A DNA stretch of 64,000 nt from Octopus vulgaris (taxonomy: Eukaryota): positions 48,050,001 to 48,114,000 of the forward strand of contig OX597816.1 of assembly GCA_951406725.2 (NCBI GenBank), written 5' to 3'. Below, piece after piece: positions 53,762 through 64,000 of this stretch (positions are counted from its first letter, which is position 1; each line of letters starts with the position of its first letter). Below the pieces are notes generated by a model. The model ran no database searches. It worked only from the letters and a program-made list of their open reading frames with translations, and was not told the DNA's origin. A program made the position numbers and the translations under genes.

Positions 53762-55343
53762 CTGGAGAGGAAAACAACACAAAAATGTAACTGTAGAGAG
53801 AATTAATGCTTAATAACATTTTGTTGCCAGTTTCTTTGTTAGCTTCCAACACAATTTAGATTAAGATAGCATAAATAGTCTGTTATTTAGGATTGTCAAA
53901 AAAATTTCCATCAATTAAAACTAAAGATTCTCAGTTAGATAGGGCTTAGGGTTTTTTTCTTTATACTTTACATCAAGAATCACTTTGCATAATCAGATCT
54001 ATTAGAATTTGAAGCTATCACTTTTCACAATTTATAGAAGTGAAAATTTTTCAGTCAGACCTCATCTAAATGAGGTCTAGTCTCTCAATCATATTTTTTA
54101 TTGATCCTGCAACATTTTGATGACTTAATAAGAAACTTAAAAATTTCGCCAATGTCGAACCTGTTTTGGAATCCTTTGACCAAGTAGTCTTGCTGAAACA
54201 ATCCAGTCATGTGGATTTACTAAATCCTCTTTATTTCTCATTTGTTTCTTATATTCCACCCACTCTTTCTCCTCCTTGGTGGGCATCATCTTTATCTCTT
54301 TAACTTGAACTGACTCTGAATATTTTTAATCAGGTAGGTAGGAGGGTCAGAGTATTCTGCATGTTAACTCAATATTTATATCAAATATCGTTTGACTTCC
54401 TGGAAACTATTTTTTTCTTTGTTGTTGTTCTCTTTTGATATGATAATTTATAGAGTCATTAACAATCCCAAAGGAAACATACTCTAGCTACAAGCCTAAG
54501 AAAATTCAAATTGCTTAGTTCTGCTGCTCAGAATAATTGGCCACATTAGAAAGTATTTAAAAGTTACATTCATAGCAACAGTATTTTCTCTCCAGACAGA
54601 CAGTCACTTAATACTCTTATGCACCAATACAGCTTTTTAGCTTTTTAACTAAAGTCTATAAAAAGTTTCCATTATTCCTCATGCTGTTATTTGCCTATTA
54701 ACATTAGAAAAAAATATTTCTCTTGAAAGAAAAGGAAAAAAAAAAACTGTATCAAAACTACTACAAATTATAAAGAATTTATGATGACAGTTAAAGAATA
54801 CCGATATTTTTTGTTTCCTTACCCCTTGCAGAAATGTTCATTCTTGAAGCTGTGACAATCAATTCAGCTTTGTCTTTACTTGGTCCAATGTTTCTCTCGC
54901 CAGACAATTCAACTCTGTTGAGTTAATCAAGTGAGATGCTTTATGGTTTGCTTTATAGAAATCAATGTTTGTATCGGTATTATTCTGTACATCATATTCG
55001 CAAAAAAAAATATCTCTCATCATTACATTTGTTTATGGTGCTATTCTCTGACGAAGAAAAAAAAACTGGTACAGGTATTTTGTTATTAGGAAGCTCATTG
55101 TGTAGATGTACAATTAGCATATATTACACTTGGCAGTTTTTCTCTCCTGAGAGTAGTCTTTAAGATTTGTGAAGTAGTAAATTGCAGAAGTCATTGAGTG
55201 ATGGAGTAAAAACCTAGTAATATTTGGTTTTGGCCTTCAGCATTCTCAGTTCAAATCCAACTGTAGTTAGCTCTGCCTTTTGTCTCTCTCTAGCATATAA
55301 AAGTGAAGATTTGATACCAGTCAAGCACTGGGTTCATCTAAAT

Positions 55344-55650
55344 CAGTGGTTTCCAAACTTTTCTGGGGGTACCATCCCCTTGGCACCCCAGGCCACATTT
55401 CTTGCACTTCCCCCTACCCTACCACACACACTCTCACCACCACAAACACAGACCACTTTCTGTAGCAAATTCAGAACAACTGCATTTCACAAATAAAACT
55501 TAACTGAATTAACCCATTATTTTGTTGCTTTTATACCTATTGCCTCCTTTTGGCTACCCCCACTTTTCTTCAATGCCTTCCTGAATCTTTCCATACCCCC
55601 CACCCCACACACACACAAGGGGGCAGTACTGTCCACTTTGGGAACTACTG
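55344..55650. mobile_element. hAT/Charlie-like MITE
   Basis: cagtggtttccaaa / tttgggaactactg TIRs, with an imperfect 8-bp TSD atctaaat/acttaaat. Confidence 0.7.
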
Positions 55651-56443
55651 ACTTAAATCAACTACATTCTTGCTTCCAAAGTTAAAGCTGTATTTGTCTA
55701 AGCAGTGAGTTAGTAAAAGCACTACATTTAATTTAGTCTCCTTTTCTGCTATGCTTTGAGTTGATACAGCATCCCCTATGGTTGGCTGATCTTTTTATCC
55801 CTTTCAGAACTGGTGATAAAAAAAAAATAATAAAAGGGCAGTGCTGCAGGTTTCATTTGTATAGACCACTTGTTCTTGACCGTATTTTGTCTATGGGTCC
55901 CCTTTACTTCTTATTTTACTCTTTTTACTCCTCTGGATTCCCATAGTCATTCAATGTTTAAAAAACCCTATTTTCATAATTAATTAATAATTAGGAATTG
56001 TATAAGAAAAATTGTTGAAATATTTTGTGCATTGTACAAGTATAACCAATTCATTGCGCATAAATTTTAATGACAAAATTTTATATGGACCCCAGTTGGG
56101 AACCATTAGTATAGACTCCTTCTCCCCATTATTACCATCATCACCATCACCATTATCAACAACTGGCCTTGTTTTAAATTAAGAAATCAATATTTATGAA
56201 TTGGAAGCAGCAGCAGCAGCAGCATCCAGTGGAATAGTCTAATTGTTCAGGTCAAATCATGGAAACTGTGAAAGGCAGAGATTTATCTTCTTGAGGAGTG
56301 TGGCAGGTTGTTGTATGAGTTGATTCACTTCTTGGTGGCCTATTTTAACATCCAAAGTAACGTTTGTAGGTGAATTTGGATATTATTTTTGCTTTGTTTT
56401 TTGGTGATATACCTCTGTCTTAACTTCTTTTTTCCTTTTATAG

Positions 56444-56501
56444 CTGAGAGTAAAGAAGGAAATTGAATTAACTGCAGATGAAACTAAATTTGCTGAGGAT
56501 G
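56444..56501 (+). other. Candidate internal exon (+ strand)
   Basis: Branch-like cttaac, polypyrimidine ttcttttttccttttatag|, open frame LRVKKEIELTADETKFAED, and weak donor g|gtttga. Confidence 0.3.
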
Positions 56502-56714
56502 GTTTGAACAGTTGACATCTCGTTATTTATTCATGAGCACTAATTTTAAGTAAATGAATTACATAACCCCAAAACACTTGGGTTGAAATAATTATATTTA
56601 AGTTAGTTATTCAAGTTACTTTCTTTATATATGTATATAAAAAAAATACAGTTATACTATACTATAGATTAGTAACAAGTTTAAACACCTGGGAGGTAAA
56701 ATATACACATACAT

Positions 56715-56764
<50 letters not shown>

Positions 56765-58218
56765 ATATATATGGTAGAGAAGCACTTTGAAGTACAATAA
56801 TGGGTATGTCGGAAAAGGTATTTTATACTGTTCGACATATTTTCGATTTATCTTTCATTGAATTCTTTTCCTTTACATTTATAAATTATTGGCAGACAGG
56901 TGTAAATAGGACTGCAAGCTGAAATGGAATATGTCAATGATAGGAAAATTCAGATTGGATGGAAAAAAAAAAAATTGCGAAAGGCAAAAAAAAAAACTGA
57001 ATTTAGATTTTGGATTTGGCTCAAAAAATTTAACCATAGTCATGTTTTATGTTTTTCTTTTATGAGATAGTTTTAGAAGTAAGAGCAGTAGTTGCAGCCT
57101 TTTCTGGCTTTCCTAGACTGGAAGAATTAGGATAGTTGGCTAAAATTAGTGTAGCTCGTATTCGTTTACAGCTTCTGATGATCAGTTTTCTATGCTCAAG
57201 AGAGACCTCTGGAAAAAAAAAAAGATGATGTAGATAAGTAGCTGCTTTCATTCCTTATTCAAAAGGATGAAACACAGAAATGGTGGTGGTGGTGGTGAGT
57301 GTACTTAGATGGGGGCAGAGAAGTAAAATGAGTAGGTTTAGCTTTGCTGTCTTAAGGTGTAGGCATATTGGGCAGCTGCAGAGGGATCCCGTGGATCTAG
57401 AAGCTCAGTGCTCCATGTATACTGTGGTTGTATATGTAAGGAGCCTGTAATACAGTCAAGATAGATATGCATTGGAATAGTGATTGTGGAAGCAGCATAG
57501 TGGAGATAGCTTGTTGGGTGTTTATCTGTTGTTGCAGACTGTTAGTGAATGTAAGTTTATCAAGTAGATGATAGTCCACACCAAGATGATGATGTGTGTA
57601 GTTGTCTATGGTCATATCTCATTGTAAACACTGCTTCTTGTCTGTTAACAATGCTTAAGCAAAGTGAAACTTTGTACTTAGATGAGTGATAGCTCGAGAA
57701 AGCAAAGAAGCTTTCAAACTGGGTTATAAGAAATGACGATGATGGTGGTGAGTTTGATGTTAGGAAGCTCTGTCAAGAGCCTAAAGGCTTTTTTTGCTGG
57801 ATGCAGTTGAATTGAAGACATGCTATACAACTTAGTTGTGAGCCCTTGGTGAAAGTTATAGCTCTAAACCATTTGTGTGTGTGTGTGTGTGTGTGTGTGA
57901 ACAAAAGCTCATAAAGGTTCATTAACTCTTTATGCTTCTATGTGTCAACCTTGGTAAAGAGTTCATTTTTGAGTGTCATTGAGGCAGAGAATAACAATGT
58001 TCTTTCTAATTTTAGCACAGGGCCGACAGTTTTGAAAGGAGAGGACAAGTCAGTTACATTTGACGCCGGTACTAGACTGGTACTTATTTTATCGACCCTG
58101 AAAAGATGATAGGCATGTTTGACTTCAGCAGAAATTAAATTCAGTATATAACAATTCTGCCAACTTAACACTTTTGCCAATGACATAAAATTGCATTCTG
58201 TGAATCTGGGTTCATATT

Positions 58219-58254
<36 letters not shown>

Positions 58255-58256
<2 letters not shown>

Positions 58257-58670
58257 TGTGTCATTAATCCACGGGTCAGCTGGAATTTTAAGGCATAAGA
58301 GAATATATTCTGCATGTACCTGGTGTAAAAAACACCTGAAAGTACTGAAAGTAAGTCAGTCAAGTGAGACAACTCACATCAAGTCCTTTCTCAGAGTGAC
58401 ACACGTCGATATTTGGTTATTGTTCTGACTTATCAATTCCGCATGTTGAACAAGGCCTGCTACAAGCCGTATCGCCAACTATGGTTATATGCTAAATGGT
58501 TTAGACACCATCTCCAAGCTTGTCCCAAAATTTCATGCCATAGAAAAAATTCAAATATGAATTAGAGGCAGCTTGAGGTAAATAAACAGCTGTTTTTTTT
58601 ACACCAGGTGCATAGAGAATACATTCTCTTATGCCTAAAAGCCAGAGCCAATCCATGAACTAACAACACA
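58255..58670. mobile_element. MITE with long (~80 bp) imperfect TIRs
   Basis: aggcataagagaatatattctgcatgtacctggtgtaaaaaa / ttttttacaccaggtgcatagagaatacattctcttatgcct. Confidence 0.75.
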
Positions 58671-58740
58671 CATTATGTGTATTTGATTTTGTTTACATAG
58701 CTTGAGCTGCTTCTAATCCATATTTGAATATATATATATA

Positions 58741-60003
58741 TTGGGTCATCCCATAAATAATGTGGTTTTTTCAATTGCATGCACTAAAAGTCAGAGGGGA
58801 GACAGGATAAACTACCTGCATTAACTTGCCATAAAAGCAGGTAGTAATTTTACCTTGTCCTTATTCTTAGTGCAAGTTTTGAAGAGTGCCGTTCGATTTT
58901 AATAGTTATTTTTTCAAAGCTGTTATGGAAGTGACAAAGGAGCATATTTGGCATATTTTGCTTTATGAGTTCAATAAAGACAATAGCACAATGGAAAGTG
59001 TGGGGAATGTTAATGCAGTATGTGGGGATCGGGCAGGTGGTTCCAGAATTTCCGAACTGGAAACTACAGCCTAGAATATGAGCCTTGTCCTGGAAGATCT
59101 GTAAAGCTCGACAAGGACTTCCTGCAGATCTTGGTGGAACAAAATCCCATCGTAACTGTTGAGGAACTAGCAGAGAAGCTTAGATTTGGTCATTCAACCA
59201 TTCATCGACAAAATGTGTGCCATTGGAAAAGTCAGCAAATTGGGTCAATGGGTTTCTCACAAATTTTCCGAATCTGATTGTGCACAGAAAGTGAATGTGT
59301 GCTCTTGTTTGCTGTTATGTCTCATGAATGAATCTTTTTTGGACCAAATAGTGACTGGTGATGAGAAATGGGTTCTCTATAAAAATGTCAAGCACCAAAG
59401 ACAGTGGGTAGGGAATGGAGAAACACTGGTACCCCAGGTTAAAGGTCTTCACTCATGTAAGGTGATATTATCTATTTGGTGGGATATAAAAAGTTTAGTT
59501 GACTTTGAACTTTTAAACCCAAACCAAACAATAACAAAAGAGATCTATTGCAAACAGCTTGAGTGGCTTAAGTCAGCGGTAGAAGAAAGACGACCATCTT
59601 TAGTTTCAAGATAAAAGGTGTTCTTCCATCAGGATAATGCTTGACCATAAACAGCAAGGATGACATTCTATAGGCTGGAGCAGTTTGAATGGGAGATGAT
59701 GCCCCACCCACCATATTTACTGGACATTGCCCCATCTAATTATCATTTATTCTACAGTCTTCAAAATCATTTGGACAGGAAAAATATGAATTCTATAGAT
59801 GATGTCAGAACAGTACTGGAGTATATTTCATCACAGACAATTGAATCTTAGAAGAGGGGCCTTGCAAATCTACCAGATAGATGGGAGAGCATTGTAGAAA
59901 ATGAAGGAGAGTATATTTTAGATTAAAAAAGAATTTTGTGTATCTTAATTTTGAAAAATAAAAGAAATATGAAAAAAACTGCATTATTTATGGAATGACC
60001 CAA
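58741..60003 (+). mobile_element. Full-length inactive mariner (DD34D-type) transposon
   Basis: TIRs ttgggtcatcccataaataatg / cattatttatggaatgacccaa with TA flanks; 1263 bp. Transposase remnants at 58925-59926: WFQNFR.G, WVSHKF, IVTGDEKW, HQDNA, HPPYLLDIAPSNYHLF. Stops and frameshifts are present and the third Asp is changed to Asn. Confidence 0.95.
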
Positions 60004-60020
60004 TATATCTGTATATATAT

Positions 60021-60054
<34 letters not shown>

Positions 60055-60905
60055 CACATGCTTCTTTGCAGCTCTAAGAGTTTTTAACTCTTATTTCTAG
60101 CAATGTAGGTGCTACCTTGCAGTCACAATTGGTGAAAATTGAATTGTTTCTTTTTGGCTTATATTGCCACCTTTGTTATCTTATATGTACAAGTGTGTAT
60201 GTGTGTTCTTCAAAATTGTACACACACAAAAAAAAAGAAACAAAAAAAGACCCAGAAGCAGGTGAGGGAACAACAAGCAGGGTGTATTAGTTTGATTTCC
60301 AGGAAAAATAGAGTCTTTGACGTTTTTAGCTTACGCTCTTCTACAGAAAGGAATGAGGAAAGAAAAACTATGTAGAAAGGTAAAAAAACCCAAAAAACAG
60401 AGAGAGAAGAAATGTGTCTAGATTAACAGTTTCACATTGTGTGTGTATATATATATTTATATATATATATATTTATGTGTGTGTATATATATATAGATAT
60501 GTGCTAGAAGATTGTTAAATGTGTTAGGTACATCATTTTGGTAGTACTACAGGAAGTACGAGATATACTGCCTAATTAAAATTGGAAACTTCTCAGAGCT
60601 GATGACTGGTAGCTTTGATGCATTTCATAGCAAGGTATATTCAGGATACATATTTAAAGGTATATAATACATTATTTAGATTGTGAAACAAAGACTGGTT
60701 ATGAAGGAACGCAATAAATATTCATCACTCAAACTATGCGTGTTGAGACTTGTATGAATAATTATTATTATTTTTTTTTTCTGAAGAGGTCATTGACCAT
60801 TTTGAGATGAAGACGACAGAAGACAGTATATTTTCTTTCTTTTGTAAGATAGGTGAATAATAAGAGTTATTTTGATTTCTACATAACGGTATTTGACTTT
60901 CAAGG

Positions 60906-60942
<37 letters not shown>

Positions 60943-60989
60943 TGCGTGCTGGGTAGCAGTGCTGAGCATTGATGTATATAAATACAAAC

Positions 60990-61111
60990 TCTTGTTGCTA
61001 GTTCAAATATGCTTGCGGCATATTCGAATCCCGGAGAGAAATTTTCTCAATGACAAAATACAGTGATACAGGCTCAAATAATGCCTCAAGCATATTTGAA
61101 CTGGTTACAAG
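60990..61111. mobile_element. Short foldback/MITE
   Basis: cttgttgctagttcaaatatgcttgcggcat / atgcctcaagcatatttgaactggttacaag. Confidence 0.6.
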
Positions 61112-62093
61112 TTTATATATATATATATATATATGGATGTGTGTGTGTGTGTGCATATATGTGCGTGTGTGTGTGTGCGCGCGTCATCACCAAATATTTT
61201 CTGTACAGTGTTTGCCAAGTAAGTTACTTGTAAAATAATAATAAAAAATGTTTGGTATCAAGAAGGGCATCTGACTGAGGAACACATCCTCAAGACATCT
61301 TGCCCAAACTCATATCACCAAGGAAAATGTGGATATAAAAATATGATTGTGCACACACACACACATTATTTTACATCCATTTTCCATGTTGGGATGGGTT
61401 TAGTTTGGATGAGTTGTTGCTGATCTCAAAAATTGGTCAGGGATCACATCTCAGTCACCATTTTGATGTGATTTATACATACATACATATATATATATAT
61501 ATTTATATATGTTAGGAAGGGCATCCAGCCATAGAAACATTGCCAGATCAGACTGGGCCTGGTGCAGCCTTCTGGCTTCCCAGACCCCAGTTGAACCGTC
61601 CAACCCATGTTAGCATGGAAAGCGGACGCTAAACAATGACGATGATGATGTTTATATATTTCAATATCATCATCATTTAACATCTATTTTCAAAGTTGAC
61701 ATAAATTGAATACATACCTGCATACACACACACACACACACATAGTTCAAATCTACAGAAAACAAAAGACAAAGACAGGTGAGGGAGCAACAAGCAGGTG
61801 TATTAGTTTGACGCTCAGGAAGAATGGAAAGGTCTTTGATGTTTCAAGAATACGCTCTTCAACAGAAAGGATTGAGAGGTATAACAAAATAGAGAGAGAA
61901 TGAAAAAAGTGGAGAGAGGAAAAAATATGGTGGAATTAATGGTTTAACATGATGAATATATATATATATATATATATACACTCATACCTATATATACACA
62001 TACATATATATGGTTGAAAAGATTGTCCTTTTCTTATTTCTATCACAAGAATGGCAAGTCATTGTACCAGCCCAATTGTATGATACATTTGTC

Positions 62094-62620
62094 TATCGTA
62101 AATCCTCGAGTATAGTCTGCCCTTGAGTATAATATGCAGGGGTTTTTTAGGGGGCTGTACCTCTGAAAAACCTAAACCTTGTGTATAATACACACCCCTT
62201 CTCTAAATTGAGTCATGCGTAATTAAGCCAGCAGCACCTAGTCGAACAAACACTTCCGCGCATGCATAATACAATAATGGTGATGTTCTTAACTGTTATA
62301 TGAGAATGTAAATATGTTTACAAATTGTTTTTTTTACATGTTATTCTGTGTTCTGTATACTTTTCTTTTAATAAATGTTGCTTACTGCAAGTTATGGATA
62401 ATTCCTTTATGACTGCATATGCTTTCAGGCTAGCTTAAGGTATTTTCGCGCCCGACATCACAAAATGCGTCTGAATAAACATTGCTGGACAGCAAATAGA
62501 GACTCAGACATTGCTTATAAAATATTTTTCATTTTTAACCTCGTATATAGTACGCACCAGGGATTTTGACCTTTAAATTTTGGGGGAAAAAATGTGGATT
62601 ATACTCAAGGATTTATGGTA
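62094..62620. mobile_element. Tc1/pogo-type MITE
   Basis: TIRs tatcgtaaatcctcgagtatagtc / gattatactcaaggatttatggta, with subterminal repeats of the ctcgagtata motif. Confidence 0.7.
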
Positions 62621-62946
62621 TTCATCATCAAAGTAGTGTTGATGTTGATAGTATGACTGACTGCTTTGGAGTGACAAAACCCCTATTTGAAATGCAAGTA
62701 TAAGAATTTTAGTCAAGTTAATTAACCCCAGTACTTAGTGTTTTGTATATATAGGTTTTTCCATGCTGGCATGGCTTGGATGGTCCAACAGGAACTAACA
62801 AGCCAGAGGACTACATCTGCAGCTGGATGCTCTTCCTAATGCCAACTACTTTACGAAGTGTACTGGGTGGTTTTCTTCTTTGTTTTTCATTTGTGAGGTC
62901 ATGAAGTATTTGCAAGACAAGACCCGTCAACAAAGTGGGGTATAGT

Positions 62947-63066
62947 CAGTGCTGGATTTAGGACAAATGAAGCCCTGTGCTAGTTTAGTTATGAGGCCCC
63001 TTACTTGGACAGGGCCCTTTGGTCAATGGGGTCCTGTGCTTAAGCACAATGGTAAATCTGGCACTG
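62947..63066. mobile_element. Small hAT-type MITE
   Basis: TIRs cagtgctggattta / taaatctggcactg, with a perfect 8-bp TSD ggtatagt. Confidence 0.8.
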
Positions 63067-64000
63067 GGTATAGTAACTGAATGAGGTGAAAGTATGATAG
63101 AGGGACAGGAACAGATGTCTTAATCCGTTTGTCTGTCCTTGTTTGTCCTCTCTGTGTTTAGCCCCTTGTGGGTAGTAAAGAAATAGGTATTAATTGGATG
63201 TAAAACTCATATGTAAATTGTTGGTGGTGCTCCTCACCTTAATTTGAAAGCCACAGGCAATCTCTTACTTTGCTTTGGGCACAGTGCCATCCCTGCTGAG
63301 GGCATTGTGTTTGGTTTGCAAGGGCAGCAAAAATACCCGTAATGGGTGTGAACTGAGAATCTATAGAGTAGGCAATCCAATATCTTAATTCACTTAGCCA
63401 TCTCAACAAGTGAATAATATTTCGTATTAAAATAATATCTCGATGAAGTTGTGAGTTGAGATAATTGACGTAAAATGAGAAACAGCAAAAAGATAAAAGA
63501 AGCTTGCAAAGCACCTGATGTGATTAGTAAAAGGAAGGGTGGGAGAGACAGGCATCAGAGAGTGCTTTGTATCTCTTCAAATACTGTAATTAAAGACATT
63601 GTGCTGATATTGCCAGTCTAATTATGTAATGCATATTTGTTTGTCACCGGAATATTTGTGTATGAATGTTTGTCAGTCTGTGTGTTGGTTGATGTCTACG
63701 TATTGTTTTCTTTTATTTTCATTTATATTTTATATTTGCTTTTTCCAGTCTAGTGTTGATATCATTGCTGTCACTGTTCTACCTACAATGTTGGTTTAAC
63801 AAGCATTTTATAAACTGTACATGTTTCAAGTTTCTACTATTTGCCATAATATTATTCATTTACCAGGGCTTTGAACTACTGGATTCCTATTAAAAAAAAA
63901 AAGAAAAAAGAATGCTGTTCATACACATGTAAATATGTACCTCCCCATGTGAATTGTTTTTTTTTTCACAATGCACAATATATATACAGTGTCATGATGT

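Noticed and set aside
58886-59851. Domesticated SETMAR-like gene or active transposase
   Set aside because: It has multiple stops and frameshifts and a mutated third catalytic Asp, lies between intact TIRs, and has no SET exon: an ordinary dead mariner.

Overview
This is AT-rich, repeat-saturated metazoan DNA. The SINE families, Penelope/RTE debris and extreme (TA)n/(CA)n/(GATA)n density point to an octopus (coleoid cephalopod) genome; that assignment is an inference. I recognise no intact host protein-coding gene, and nearly all ORFs in the supplied track are microsatellite or SINE read-through. Supportable content: a decayed RTE LINE (12.7-15.7 kb), a decayed CR1/L2-type LINE (38.0-39.3 kb), a full-length dead mariner (58741-60003), Tigger, Tc1/mariner, Helitron and Penelope fragments, several MITEs with TIRs/TSDs, three tRNA-derived SINE families, and an abundant RTE 3'-tail repeat ending in (GAT)n. 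There is also a CpG-retaining promoter-like island at about 45.7-47.4 kb and a few isolated candidate exons. The most unusual signal is at about 1690-4055: sequence matching no repeat family I recognise, almost fully tiled by stem-loops. These include a bulge-free pre-miRNA-like hairpin, a ~150-nt hairpin, and two paralogous ~97-nt palindromes able to form competing folds. It is a candidate hairpin-RNA, pri-miRNA or structured lncRNA locus. All folds were paired by hand and need computational and expression confirmation.
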